In this document: piece by piece, positions 26,626 to 37,370 of the stretch
Position numbering within the stretch: the first letter of the stretch is position 1
How the letters are laid out: each line of letters opens with the position of its first letter
Source: Candidatus Nealsonbacteria bacterium
GTDB lineage: Bacteria > Patescibacteriota > Minisyncoccia > Minisyncoccales > JANBVM01
Reading direction: 5' to 3'
DNA length: 64,000 bases
NCBI GenBank assembly: GCA_026016225.1
Contig: CP061210.1
Location: 258,000 to 321,999, forward strand
Position numbers and translations under genes: made by a program
The notes under the pieces: generated by a model
What the model was told of the DNA's origin: nothing
The model's database searches: none
The model's input: only the letters and a program-made list of their open reading frames with translations

Positions 26626-29600
26626 ATGAATTTAATAACAAAGAAAAAGATTATAGCGATTATTACTGTTTTGACTGTTTGGGGTTCGATTGCAACACCT
26701 GCTTTTGCTATAACAGTAGAAGAGCTTCAAACACAGATAGCTACTCTATTGGCCACAATAAATGCCTTACAGACTCAACTAGCTGCACTTCAGGGAACAG
26801 CCGTTACTGGTTGTACTATCACTTCCTTTGACCAAAACCTAAAACAAGGAATGTCAGGTGATGATGTAAAATGCTTGCAAATCGTCTTGAATTCATCTGC
26901 CGACACCCAATTAGCTGCAAGCGGTGTAGGTTCTCCTGGTAATGAAACCAGCTACTTTGGTCCTATAACCAAAGCTGCGGTAATTAAATTCCAGGAGAAA
27001 TATGCTTCTGAAATATTGACATCATGGGGTTTAACCGTTGGAACTGGTTTTGTTGGTTCAACCACTAGAGCAAAATTAAATACAATTCTCTCTTCTGGTG
27101 TAGTTCCTGGTCCCGTAATTCCCGCAGCAGGCCTTTCTGTTTCTTTAGCTACTGACACTCCAGCTTCTACCGGTGTTCCCTATGGTTCTTCAGTGGAATT
27201 TCTTAAGTTTACATTGGTTTCTGGTGAAGATGTAAACATTAATTCTATTGAGATAACTGCCGGGGGAATAGGCATCTATACTAATATAGATTCGGTGGCG
27301 ATTTTTGATGAGGACGGGATAAGGATTAGTTCTACCAAGAATATTAGTTCTGATGGAAGCGCTATCTTTAATTTTCCGACCCCGCTGGTTGTTGAGGCAG
27401 GAGTTCTCCAAATTTTAACGGTAAAGGCTACCGCAGCTTTCGCTGGAGCAGGCCATGTCTTTTATTTAGGGATTTCAGATAGTTCAGATATTCTCTCTAA
27501 TGCTTCGGCGGTTAATGGCACTTTCCCAATTAATGGTAATCCAATGAATGTTTTGAGTGCCACCGTTGGGACAGCTACAATAGCTGCGGCAACTGACTTG
27601 GAGCCAAGCGTTCCCTTTGGCGAAGATGATGTCCTGCTGGCTGATTTTGATATTGATGTTGGAGCAGCTGAAGATTTACTATTTTCAGCCATTAGATTCA
27701 GAAACGGTGGAACAAATGATGATTCTTTGGCCTCAAACTTGAGACTAATCTGCGATGGAGAGGAAATTGCCACCACCGAATTAGAGGATAGATATGCTGC
27801 CTTTAGTATCTCCAATATTTTGATTGAGAAAAGCGACACAGTTACTTGTGAGGTTAGGGGAGACATAGGCACCGGCTCAGCTGGAGACACCATTAAATTG
27901 TACATAAAAGACGAGACAGACGTTACGATGATTTGTAAGAATACTGGTTTTAGAGCCGCTGTTGATACCACAGATCTAGATACTACTGGTGAAGCCCAGA
28001 ATGTTACTTTAGCTGTCGGTGATTTCACCATTGATTTTGACAAGTCGTCAATCACTGGTACTCCAAATCAGGATGTCAGGCCCGATACTAAGAACGTAGT
28101 CATAGCCACCTTAAAAATGACCTCCAATGCTGAGAATGCAACCATTGAATCTATTACTACTGGTACCGGAGATGATAAGTTTGAAATTCAAGGTACAGGA
28201 ATAGCGTCATCAACTGATATTACGACTGGTAGTATAGAAATGAGGGATGTTGAGACCGGCGCTATTTACGACCTTGCCGAAACTTGGGTGAGCGGCACGA
28301 AAGGTTACTTGTCTATGACAGAAGAAATTAGTTTGGTAAAGGGTGTGACTAAAACCTTTGAGATTAGGTTAGACTTAACTTCTTCAATTGGTAATGGCGA
28401 CACTCTAAAAGTTGTTCTTGAGGATGGGGCGTTCACCATAACCGGTGATGTTTCTGGTGAATCAATTACCGACATTCTCCCAAATTCAATCACCTCTGGT
28501 ATATCAACTGTTGAGTTTTCTTCTCTCGATGTTACTACTGTAACATTGACCGATGTCTCAGTTGTCGGGGGAGCTGTAGATAAAATAATCTACCAGGCTT
28601 CATTAGAGGCTGGGGATTCTTCTCCGGTTACCCTAAAAACAGTTGCCATTTCCGAGGTTTCCGAAGATAGTAATGATAATGCAATCTTGTTTTCTGACAC
28701 TAATATCACTAAATTAGATCTCTATCTTGATGGGGATTTAATGAAAACAAGATCTAACAAGATTGCAGAAGCAGCCGCTGATTCCGGGATGGGTTCAATT
28801 GCCTTCTCTTCCTTAGATACCAACAATGTCATTTCAGCTGGTAAAGCAGCTATCTTAGTTTTGAAGGCTACTTTTGCTTCTTCCTTAAATGCATCTGGTA
28901 CTTTTGCTTTAGGTATCACTAATGATACTGCCGTAATCTCTAGAGATATTGATAACGAGCTTATTGATGCAAACATTACCAGTACATCTACAGAATCAAG
29001 AACGGTAACCCTAGCGACAGTAGGTGATTTGAAGGTTGAGTTAAAGATCACCGATGTAAAAGCCAATAAAGATATGTATATCGTTGCTGGTAGTTCTGGT
29101 CCAACTGGTAGATATCTTGGAGAATTAGTCTTCACTACTAAGGATGAACCTGTTAAAGTCACGACATTAAGATTAGATAATAAGAATGGTAATGCAACCA
29201 ATACCACCATTGCCTCTGTCTCCTTGGTTGAGGCAAATGGAACAGTTGTTGAAACCAAAGGAGTATTGTCAGACGGAGATGTTAATTTCACCAATCTTGA
29301 CTTAGAGTTTGCTGCCGATGAAGCCACTTCCTTGTTTGTTGTAGCTGATGTAAACGGTATTAATGTTGCCGGTGATCCTACCGCTACTGCGATAAGTGGT
29401 AAGACAATTCAGTATAATTTCCCAAGTACGCTAGGTGTGGTAGCTGAAGGTGTAAATTCTGGAAAAGACATTACCATGGCAGTAGATGTCGACGGTACCT
29501 TAGCTTTTGGTGAGTGGTCTACTTCTACTGTTGTAAGTAAAACAGGTACAGTGTTAGGTGCTGCTATCACTCACATTGAGAATGCCATGGCAAATGGTAC

Positions 29601-30042
29601 TTTAACTGGTGGTGCTGGTAAAATCATTGGCAAATATACTCTGACGATTGATAGCGGTGCCAATAGAGATACTGATGATAATACTGATACGAAAGCTGTT
29701 TTGGCTACAACAACAATAACGGTGACTACGGGTGGTGCTACTAGTACCAATATCCAGGCTTACATTGCAGGTGATTCATCTAACAAAACTACTGAAGTTG
29801 ATCTTTCCGAGGGTGTTGCTATTATTGATATGACCACATTAACTGGTGAGGCTAATGAAGTTGACGGCACGGTGACCATAGTTATCATTGCTACTGTTGA
29901 AACTGACGGTGAAGGTGATTACCTCCAGACTGAAATTGATGATTTGAGTACCGACCTTTACTACAGCGATGGCACAACTTCTAATGACGGTAATTGTCAG
30001 CTAACTATCAGTGAAGTATTTGGTGGTACTTTGTCTAACTAA
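26626..30042 (+). CDS. Large secreted surface/S-layer-like protein: signal peptide, coiled coil, PG-binding domain, then many beta-sandwich-like modules
   Basis: Signal peptide ...ATPAFA; heptad stretch; PG_binding_1-like LKQGMSGDDVKCLQ...GPITKAAVIKFQEKY; about 900 aa of T/S/G/D/V-rich repeated modules. Confidence 0.8.
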   Translation: MNLITKKKIIAIITVLTVWGSIATPAFAITVEELQTQIATLLATINALQTQLAALQGTAVTGCTITSFDQNLKQGMSGDDVKCLQIVLNSSADTQLAASGVGSPGNETSYFGPITKAAVIKFQEKYASEILTSWGLTVGTGFVGSTTRAKLNTILSSGVVPGPVIPAAGLSVSLATDTPASTGVPYGSSVEFLKFTLVSGEDVNINSIEITAGGIGIYTNIDSVAIFDEDGIRISSTKNISSDGSAIFNFPTPLVVEAGVLQILTVKATAAFAGAGHVFYLGISDSSDILSNASAVNGTFPINGNPMNVLSATVGTATIAAATDLEPSVPFGEDDVLLADFDIDVGAAEDLLFSAIRFRNGGTNDDSLASNLRLICDGEEIATTELEDRYAAFSISNILIEKSDTVTCEVRGDIGTGSAGDTIKLYIKDETDVTMICKNTGFRAAVDTTDLDTTGEAQNVTLAVGDFTIDFDKSSITGTPNQDVRPDTKNVVIATLKMTSNAENATIESITTGTGDDKFEIQGTGIASSTDITTGSIEMRDVETGAIYDLAETWVSGTKGYLSMTEEISLVKGVTKTFEIRLDLTSSIGNGDTLKVVLEDGAFTITGDVSGESITDILPNSITSGISTVEFSSLDVTTVTLTDVSVVGGAVDKIIYQASLEAGDSSPVTLKTVAISEVSEDSNDNAILFSDTNITKLDLYLDGDLMKTRSNKIAEAAADSGMGSIAFSSLDTNNVISAGKAAILVLKATFASSLNASGTFALGITNDTAVISRDIDNELIDANITSTSTESRTVTLATVGDLKVELKITDVKANKDMYIVAGSSGPTGRYLGELVFTTKDEPVKVTTLRLDNKNGNATNTTIASVSLVEANGTVVETKGVLSDGDVNFTNLDLEFAADEATSLFVVADVNGINVAGDPTATAISGKTIQYNFPSTLGVVAEGVNSGKDITMAVDVDGTLAFGEWSTSTVVSKTGTVLGAAITHIENAMANGTLTGGAGKIIGKYTLTIDSGANRDTDDNTDTKAVLATTTITVTTGGATSTNIQAYIAGDSSNKTTEVDLSEGVAIIDMTTLTGEANEVDGTVTIVIIATVETDGEGDYLQTEIDDLSTDLYYSDGTTSNDGNCQLTISEVFGGTLSN

Positions 30043-30115
30043 TTCTCTGAAACGGACCCTCACGTTTTGTGAGGTAGTAAAATCCTAAATGCCTTTCCTT
30101 GTGGGCACCAAAGGG

Positions 30116-30146
30116 CCTCGTTCTCCGGAACGGGGTCTTTTGTTTT
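30116..30146 (+). terminator. Intrinsic terminator after the surface protein gene
   Basis: CCTCGTT/AACGGGG stem followed by TCTTTTGTTTT. Confidence 0.55.
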
Positions 30147-30173
30147 GGAAAGAAATTTGATAAAATATTATTG

Positions 30174-31931
30174 ATGACAAAAAGTTTTAAGATAATTTTT
30201 CTTGGGATAATTTTTCTTTCTTTACCGGTTTTTGTTTCGGCTGTTTCTTTAGGGCAGAGAATCGATTTTTATGTTGATCCAACTTATGATTTATCTGAAA
30301 GAGAAGAAATCTCGGCTATTCTCCAGAGAATTAGCCCAAAAGCCTATTTTTATATTGACAATGATTGGTGGAAGTCATTAAATTATCAAGAAAAACAAAA
30401 GATTGAACAAGCTCTTTATTCTTTAGGCAACGAATTTTATTCCAAAATTTATCCAACTTTAACTTCTAATTTTGGCTCAGAATGGAAACCAGGAATTGAT
30501 AAAGAGAGCCGGATTACAATTTTAATTCATCCGATGAAAAAGACAGCGGGTGGATATTTTAATAATGGCGATGAATATCCCCGAGTCCAAAATCCCAAAT
30601 CAAATCAAAGAGAAATGATTTATTTAAATGCTGATTATATTACCAGTCCTTTAGCCAAAAGTTTTTTAGCTCATGAATTTACTCACTTGATTACTTTTAA
30701 CCAAAAAGAAAAAAAATATGGAGTAGAAGAGGAAATTTGGCTGAATGAAGCACGAGCTGAATATGCTCCAACTTTACTTAATTATGATTCAGAATATGAG
30801 GGAAGCAATCTTCAAAAAAGAGTTCAATCTTTTATTTCCAATCCTTCTGATTCTATCACTGAATGGCAGAACAAGCCCGCAGATTACGGAGCGCTAAATC
30901 TTTTTATTCAGTATTTAGTTGAGCAGTATGGAGTAGAAGTTTTAGTTGATTCTTTAAAATCAAAAACAGTGGGCATTAAGAGTTTAAATGAAGCTTTAGA
31001 GAAAAATGGTTTTGAAGAAGATTTTTCTCAGATTTTCACTGATTGGACTATTGCAGTTTTGGCTAATGACTGCTCTTTAGGAGAAAAATATTGTTATAAA
31101 AATGAAAGCTTAAAAAAATTAAGGGTTATTCCCTCAATTAATTTTTTGCCCCTCAAGGGCAACAGTGCTTTAGGAGTTAGTCAAACTACTAAAAATTGGA
31201 TGGGTAACTGGTTTAAATTTATTGGTGGCAAAGGGACTTTAAAGCTTGAGTTTATTGGTAATCCGGAAAATTTATTTAAAGTTCCTTATATTATTCAAGA
31301 TTTTTTAGGTAAATATTCTCTTGATTTTTTCCAACTTGATGAATATCAGAGAGGGGAAATCTTAGTTCCAGAATTTGGAGCAGAAGTTAGTTCTGTAACC
31401 ATTATTCCTTCAATTCAAAGTAAAATATCAGGATTTTTAACTCCTGAACTAGCTTTTCCATTTTTCTGGGAAGCTTCGACTATAACCGAAATAGAAAATG
31501 AAAATGGGAATTCGAATTCAGAATGTTTACAAAAACCAATTTCAGAAATGACCGGAGAGGAAATTTTAGCTAAAATTTCTGAAATTGAGAATTTACTTAA
31601 TCAACTCAAAGCTCAACTCGTCAAAATTAAAGAAATGGAAGAAAAGGAGCCAGTTTCTGTCACTTGTCAGAGGTTTGAACAGAATCTTTTTTATGGTTTA
31701 AGAAACGATGATAGGGTTTACTGCCTTCAGCAGTTTTTAAAATCTCAAGGTCTAGAAATTTATCCCGAGGGCTTAGTAACTGGAAATTTTCTTTCTTTGA
31801 CCAGAACTGCAGTTATTCGTTTTCAAGAAAAATATGCTGATGAAATTTTGGCTCCTTTGGGATTAGAAAGGGGAACAGGTTTTGTTGGTTTGATGACAAG
31901 AACCAAAATCAACCAGCTTTCAGCTCAATAA
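30174..31931 (+). CDS. Secreted HExxH zinc metallopeptidase with C-terminal coiled coil and PG-binding domain
   Basis: Signal peptide; LAHEFTHLITF ... NEARAEY; C-terminal LFYGLRNDDRVYCLQ...AVIRFQEKY. ATG at 30174 preferred over the GTG at 30099. Confidence 0.65.
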   Translation: MTKSFKIIFLGIIFLSLPVFVSAVSLGQRIDFYVDPTYDLSEREEISAILQRISPKAYFYIDNDWWKSLNYQEKQKIEQALYSLGNEFYSKIYPTLTSNFGSEWKPGIDKESRITILIHPMKKTAGGYFNNGDEYPRVQNPKSNQREMIYLNADYITSPLAKSFLAHEFTHLITFNQKEKKYGVEEEIWLNEARAEYAPTLLNYDSEYEGSNLQKRVQSFISNPSDSITEWQNKPADYGALNLFIQYLVEQYGVEVLVDSLKSKTVGIKSLNEALEKNGFEEDFSQIFTDWTIAVLANDCSLGEKYCYKNESLKKLRVIPSINFLPLKGNSALGVSQTTKNWMGNWFKFIGGKGTLKLEFIGNPENLFKVPYIIQDFLGKYSLDFFQLDEYQRGEILVPEFGAEVSSVTIIPSIQSKISGFLTPELAFPFFWEASTITEIENENGNSNSECLQKPISEMTGEEILAKISEIENLLNQLKAQLVKIKEMEEKEPVSVTCQRFEQNLFYGLRNDDRVYCLQQFLKSQGLEIYPEGLVTGNFLSLTRTAVIRFQEKYADEILAPLGLERGTGFVGLMTRTKINQLSAQ

Positions 31932-33087
31932 GAACCTTTTTCACGCTTAAAATTATCTTTTTGATATTCTTTTTTGAGTACCAGGTTTGAAGAGGAAAAT
32001 TAATTATTCTTTTAGCTACCTCAACCGTATTTGGAAATTTGTCTAAATTTAGATTGTATTCTTCTTGGACTTCTGGATTGAGAACTATAGGGGTGTGCCA
32101 GATTCGAGTACAAAAGACCCTTTTCTTTTTTAATTCCCTTACCAGTTTATCTCTTTTATCCCCAAGCTCTTTAGGAGTTAAAGCTGATAAATAACAAAAA
32201 ACATTATTTTCAGATTCTTGGACCTGGAAGCCTAATTTTTTAAGCTCTTTTTGGAAAAACAAACCGAGTTCTTTTCTTTTTTTTAAGGTAAGGTCATAGT
32301 CTGTTGAATATTGAGAAAAAAAGTTCAAGGAAACAGGATTTAAGGAAGCGGGTTTTGGTATTTTTTCTCCCTTAATAAATTTAGGGGCAATTTTTTGACC
32401 AAAGGTTTTAAAGAGAAAAGCAAAAAAAGAAAAACAGTTCAAAAAGGAAATAAAATCCCTGAAACTGAAATTTGTTTTTGGCAGGTTGATTTCCCAACTC
32501 CGAGGGCAAACCAACAAACCTCCCCTGAACATAGGGAATTGTTTATAGAGGCTAAAAAAAGAAACATCTCCTAAATTGCCTACAAAAGTGTTAGTTTGTA
32601 GTGAGTCTGTCGAACCATAGGTGGCTCCAAAGGAATGAGCACAGTCCTCAATTAATAACAGGTTCTTGATTTGCTCTATTCTTTCTTTTTTAATGGGCAG
32701 CCCATAGGTGTGGGAAACAAGAATTGCTTTTGCTTTAGTCTTAATTTTTTGTAAATCTTCTCCTATTTTGATGTGAAAAGTGTCTAATTCAATATCTAAA
32801 AAAATGGGTTCTATATTATATTCTTTCAAAATCGGATAGAAAATATCACAAATATAGGCTGGCAAAACAATCTTGGAATCTCTTAAATTCAATTTTTCAA
32901 TAGCGATTTTAAAAGCAGACCTTGCCATGTCGGTAAACACCAGTTGCTTTCCGGGGAAATTAAAAGAGAACTCTTTTTTGATAAGAGTTAAGTCAGGCGC
33001 TTTAATGAAGTTTCCAAGAAACGACTTCAGGGCCTGCTTTGTTAATTTAATTTGAGGATGGACAAAATACATTTGATTATTATACAC
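31909..33087 (-). CDS. DegT/DnrJ/EryC1-family sugar aminotransferase
   Basis: Fold-type I pattern, conserved Lys region FFSLYKQFP, cluster context. Confidence 0.75.
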   Translation of the reverse strand: MYNNQMYFVHPQIKLTKQALKSFLGNFIKAPDLTLIKKEFSFNFPGKQLVFTDMARSAFKIAIEKLNLRDSKIVLPAYICDIFYPILKEYNIEPIFLDIELDTFHIKIGEDLQKIKTKAKAILVSHTYGLPIKKERIEQIKNLLLIEDCAHSFGATYGSTDSLQTNTFVGNLGDVSFFSLYKQFPMFRGGLLVCPRSWEINLPKTNFSFRDFISFLNCFSFFAFLFKTFGQKIAPKFIKGEKIPKPASLNPVSLNFFSQYSTDYDLTLKKRKELGLFFQKELKKLGFQVQESENNVFCYLSALTPKELGDKRDKLVRELKKKRVFCTRIWHTPIVLNPEVQEEYNLNLDKFPNTVEVAKRIINFPLQTWYSKKNIKKIILSVKKVLIELKAG

Positions 33088-33107
33088 TTTTAATTTATCA
33101 TAATTTT

Positions 33108-34037
33108 ATGAAATCAAAAAGAATTTTAGTCACTGGAGGGGCTGGTTTTATCGGCTCTCATTTGGTAGATGAATTGATTCAAAGAAGCTATGAAGTGGTT
33201 GTGATTGATAATTTATCTACGGGCAAAAAGAAAAACCTGAATAAGAAAGCAAAGTTTTTCAAGTTCAATATCTGCAATCCCAAGCTTTCGCAAATCTTTA
33301 AAAAAGAAAAGATAGGCGTGGTTTTCCATTATGCAGCTCAGATTGACGTGCGAAAGTCGGTAGAAGACCCAGTAGGCGACGCTAATCTCAATATTTTAGG
33401 AACGTTAAACATTTTGGAGAACTGTAAGAAATATAAGGTTAAAAAAATTATTTTAGCTTCCACAGGCGGAGCTATCTATGGAGACGCCAAAATTATTCCT
33501 ACGCCGGAAGATTATCCTGAATGGCCTCTCTCTCCTTACGGAATTGAAAAATTAGCTCTTGAGAAATATTTAAACTATTATCAAAAAGTATTTAATTTGC
33601 CTTTTGTTGCTTTAAGGTTGGCCAATGTCTATGGCCCCCGGCAGAACTCAAAGGGAGAAGCGGGGGTAGTTGCTATTTTTTGCGATAAGATGCTGGGGAA
33701 AAAGAAAGCGGTCATAAACGGTAGCGGAAGACAAACCCGCGATTTCGTTTTCGTTGATGATGTGATTGAAGCTAATATATTAGCTTTGAAAAAAAATAAG
33801 ACCGGTATTTTCAATATTGGGACGGCAAAAGAGACAAACATAAACACTATCTTTAGAAAGCTCAAGAAATTGACGGGTTCGGTATGTAAAGAAATTCACG
33901 GTCCGGCTCAGCCTGGCGAGCAGAAAAGAAGCTGTTTGGATTATTCTAAAGCTAAAAAAGAGCTTGGCTGGAAACCAAGATATAATTTAGATAAAGGGTT
34001 AAAATTAACTGTAGACTGGTTTAAAGTTAATTTCTAA
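33108..34037 (+). CDS. NAD-dependent sugar epimerase (GalE-like)
   Basis: TGGAGFIGSH; YxxxK (SPYGIEK). Confidence 0.9.
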   Translation: MKSKRILVTGGAGFIGSHLVDELIQRSYEVVVIDNLSTGKKKNLNKKAKFFKFNICNPKLSQIFKKEKIGVVFHYAAQIDVRKSVEDPVGDANLNILGTLNILENCKKYKVKKIILASTGGAIYGDAKIIPTPEDYPEWPLSPYGIEKLALEKYLNYYQKVFNLPFVALRLANVYGPRQNSKGEAGVVAIFCDKMLGKKKAVINGSGRQTRDFVFVDDVIEANILALKKNKTGIFNIGTAKETNINTIFRKLKKLTGSVCKEIHGPAQPGEQKRSCLDYSKAKKELGWKPRYNLDKGLKLTVDWFKVNF

Positions 34038-34039
34038 AA

Positions 34040-35503
34040 ATGATTGGCAAATCTATTAATATTAAATCACTACTATTTGACAATAAGGGTTTAAAGCAGA
34101 CAATCTTTAAAAATACCTTTTGGCTGGCATTAGCTGAGGCCATAACAAACTTTTCCAAGCTCTTTTTAATAGTTTATGTTGCTCGAATTTTTGGAGCAAC
34201 TGAGTACGGAAAATTTACCTTTGCTTTATCTTTTGTTTCTTTGTTTGCTATTTTTTCTGATTTTGGTCTAGGATCTTTAACTATTCGTGAATTTTCCAAA
34301 GAGAAAAAAGATACAAAAGAATTTTCATCAATTCTTTCTTTGAAGTTAGTTTTAAGCTTGATTGCATTAATTGTAATTTTGTTTAGCTCTTTTTTTGTTA
34401 CCAAAGATGTTGAAATCCAAAAGGTAATTTGGATTTTAGCAGTTTATATTTTAAGCAATAGTTTTCTGGGTATTACCTATGCTTTCTTCCGGGCTCGTCA
34501 GCAAATGGAATATGAGGCTTTTGTTAAGATATTACAAGCTGTTGCGGTAACAGGAATAGGGTTCTTTATTATTTTTAAGATTCCATCTGTAGAAAATTTA
34601 AGCTTCGGTTATTTATTTGCCAGTTTGATTGCTTTAATCTTTACAATCTTTTTATTTTATTCAAAGATTTATCCTTTAAAATTAAATTTTGATAAAGCAA
34701 CTTGGCGAAAATTTTTAACTATGTCTTGGCCATTAGGGCTGTCTGCTATATTAAGCATGGTTTATGTTAATATAGACTCAATTATGATGGGAAATTTTAA
34801 TCAAATTACTCAGGTTGGCTGGTATAATGCTGCCTATAAAATTGTAGGAATTACTCTGATTCCAGCTAATTTTATTTCCGGAAGCTTTTTCCCTTATTTA
34901 AGCAAATCTTTCGAGCAGTCTAAAGAGAAGTTTAAAAAAGCTTTTGATTACTATCTGGAAATAATAATATTTCTTTCTGTTCCAATAGTAATAGGTGGTA
35001 TAGTTTTAGCTCCTAAAATCATAGACCTTGTTTACGACCCCAGCTATTTCCCCTCTATTTTTGCCTTTAAACTTTTAATAGCCATAACATTTTTAAGCTT
35101 TTTGTCCGGTCCCTTTAATCAAACTCTATTTATCTTGAACAAACAAAAGAAGCTCCTTTTAATTATTTTTTTATCAGCCACGACAAATGTTATTTTAAAT
35201 CTTATTTTAATTCCTAAATATTCTTTATATGGAGCCGCCATTGCAAGGGTATCAACATTTCTTTTAATCTTAATTTTAACCATTTGGTTTGCCTTAAAAA
35301 TTAGCTCAGTGAAACTTATTAGTTCGAAAATGTGGTTTAATTTTATTGGTGCCTTGGCTTCCTCCTCTTTAATGTATTTTGTTATTTCTTTTCCCAATAT
35401 ATATAAATTACACGTTGCTTTTTCTATATTAATTGGAGCCGGTGTTTACTTAATCTGCTTTTTTGTATATAAAAGATTAGCAGATAGAGTTCTTACGTAT
35501 TAA
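34040..35503 (+). CDS. Wzx-type polysaccharide flippase (MOP superfamily)
   Basis: 487-aa protein, about 12-14 TM helices, cluster context. Confidence 0.8.
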   Translation: MIGKSINIKSLLFDNKGLKQTIFKNTFWLALAEAITNFSKLFLIVYVARIFGATEYGKFTFALSFVSLFAIFSDFGLGSLTIREFSKEKKDTKEFSSILSLKLVLSLIALIVILFSSFFVTKDVEIQKVIWILAVYILSNSFLGITYAFFRARQQMEYEAFVKILQAVAVTGIGFFIIFKIPSVENLSFGYLFASLIALIFTIFLFYSKIYPLKLNFDKATWRKFLTMSWPLGLSAILSMVYVNIDSIMMGNFNQITQVGWYNAAYKIVGITLIPANFISGSFFPYLSKSFEQSKEKFKKAFDYYLEIIIFLSVPIVIGGIVLAPKIIDLVYDPSYFPSIFAFKLLIAITFLSFLSGPFNQTLFILNKQKKLLLIIFLSATTNVILNLILIPKYSLYGAAIARVSTFLLILILTIWFALKISSVKLISSKMWFNFIGALASSSLMYFVISFPNIYKLHVAFSILIGAGVYLICFFVYKRLADRVLTY

Positions 35504-35528
35504 AAATTCATTAGAAATTAAGGAATTT

Positions 35529-36290
35529 ATGTCCTCAAAAAATAAATTTAGTTCAGTTGGTATATTGGGTTATGGCGAAGCGGGCCGAGCCATAGCTAAA
35601 TTCTATAAGAATCCTAAGATCAAAGACTTGAATAGAGATGACGGATTAGAGGGGGTGGAGATATTACATATCTGCATTCCTTACAGCAATAATTTTATAA
35701 AAATAGCAAGGAAAGAAATTAAAAAAATAGAACCCAAATTAACTATTATCCATTCTACGGTTGCGCCGTTTACTACAAAAAAGATTATTCAAGGGTTGCC
35801 AAAAGAAATAGGGAAGATGGTTGTTCATAGTCCAATAAGGGGGATTCATTCCCATCTTTATAAAGGGATTAAAACCTTTGTAAAATATATCGGCGCTGAT
35901 TACAAGAAAGCAGGGCAATTAGCTAAAAAACATTTAGGAGGTTTGGGGATAAAAACAAAACTATTTCAGTCTTCAGTGATTACCGAAATGGGAAAGCTTC
36001 TTAGTACATCTTATTATGGCCTATGTATTGCTTGGCACGGAGAGATGAAAAGATTTTGTGATAAAGCCGGAGTAGATTTTGAAGAGGCAGTTACAGACTT
36101 TAACAAAACTTATAACGAGGGATATAAAAAATTGAGAAGGTCTAATGTTCTTCGTCCCGTGCTTTATCCTCCCCAAAAAGGTATTAATGGTCATTGCATT
36201 ATTCCTAATGCCGAGATTCTTAAAAAATATTATAAAAGTAAGGTATTTGATTTAATTTTAGGATATAAACCTAAAAAATCTAAAAAGTGA
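35529..36290 (+). CDS. Rossmann-fold NAD(P)-binding protein, function unknown
   Basis: GILGYGEAGRAIA dinucleotide-binding motif. Confidence 0.4.
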   Translation: MSSKNKFSSVGILGYGEAGRAIAKFYKNPKIKDLNRDDGLEGVEILHICIPYSNNFIKIARKEIKKIEPKLTIIHSTVAPFTTKKIIQGLPKEIGKMVVHSPIRGIHSHLYKGIKTFVKYIGADYKKAGQLAKKHLGGLGIKTKLFQSSVITEMGKLLSTSYYGLCIAWHGEMKRFCDKAGVDFEEAVTDFNKTYNEGYKKLRRSNVLRPVLYPPQKGINGHCIIPNAEILKKYYKSKVFDLILGYKPKKSKK

Positions 36291-36368
36291 ACCAATTAAA
36301 CAACTTTTATTTTCCAAAAATTGGGATTAAAAATGAGAAAGATAAACATTAAAGATATAAATTAGAGC

Positions 36369-37370
36369 ATGTATAAGAAAAAAAAGAATAAAATAAATAA
36401 GTTTATAGTTATAACTACTATCAATCCGGCGACTAAGGCAATTAAAAAATTCGCTTCTTTTAAAGATTGGAAACTAGTATTAGTAGGAGATAAAAAAAGC
36501 AAGGCTATCAAGTCGGAGGATAACACCTACTTTCTTTCCATAGAAGATCAAAAGAATTTTGATTTCAATATTGTAAACTTCTCTCCATATAATCATTACA
36601 GTCGTAAAAATATTGGCTATCTCTATGCTATGAAAAATGGGGCTGATATCATTTATGAGACCGATGATGACAATTTTCCTACTTCATCTTGGAGTTTTCC
36701 AGATTTTCACTCCAGCAATATTTTAATGACTGACGGTAAATATTTTAATATATATAGATATTTTACATCTAAATTTGTTTGGCCAAGAGGATTCCCGCTA
36801 GACGAAATTAGGAAATCTAGTAATTTTTTAATTGATAACACAAGATCCTGTGATGTGGGAGTATGGTCTGGAATGGCCAATAATGATCCTGATGTGGATG
36901 CAATATTTAGATTACTATTTAACAAAGAAATTAAGTTTCGGAAAAAGGATTCGGTGGCCTTAGATAAACATATATATTCTCCATTTAATTCACAAAACAC
37001 TCTTTGGAATAAGAATAGCTTTGCGTGGATGTATCTTCCAGTTACTGTAAATCCTCGTTTTACTGATATTTTGCGTGGCTATATAGCTCAAAGATTATTT
37101 TGGCACCATAATTTACGATTAGGATTTATTGGTCCCACGGTATATCAAGAGAGAAATAGCCACAATTTGATGAAGGATTTTTCAGATGAGCTGGAGTGTT
37201 ATTCAAATATTAAAGAAATAGTATCAATTCTTGAATCAACTAAGTTGGGAAATAATATCTATTCTAATATTAGAAAGATTTATAAAAATCTAGCGAAGAA
37301 AAAATACGTTAGAAATAAAGAATTAGAAACCTTAGGGGCTTGGTTGAAAGATATTAAAAATCTTTTTTAG
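36369..37370 (+). CDS. Hypothetical protein, possible glycosyltransferase (DDD motif)
   Basis: ORF in the glycan cluster; ETDDDNFP. Confidence 0.3.
   Translation: MYKKKKNKINKFIVITTINPATKAIKKFASFKDWKLVLVGDKKSKAIKSEDNTYFLSIEDQKNFDFNIVNFSPYNHYSRKNIGYLYAMKNGADIIYETDDDNFPTSSWSFPDFHSSNILMTDGKYFNIYRYFTSKFVWPRGFPLDEIRKSSNFLIDNTRSCDVGVWSGMANNDPDVDAIFRLLFNKEIKFRKKDSVALDKHIYSPFNSQNTLWNKNSFAWMYLPVTVNPRFTDILRGYIAQRLFWHHNLRLGFIGPTVYQERNSHNLMKDFSDELECYSNIKEIVSILESTKLGNNIYSNIRKIYKNLAKKKYVRNKELETLGAWLKDIKNLF

Noticed and set aside
26568-26831. 87-aa ORF overlapping the start of the surface-protein gene
   Set aside because: It is out of frame with a gene that has a clear signal peptide and domains. Its Cys/Asn-rich sequence is implausible as a protein.
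17118-30042. Diversity-generating retroelement targeting the LTD or surface proteins
   Set aside because: No reverse transcriptase ORF and no template/variable repeat pair were found in or near these genes.
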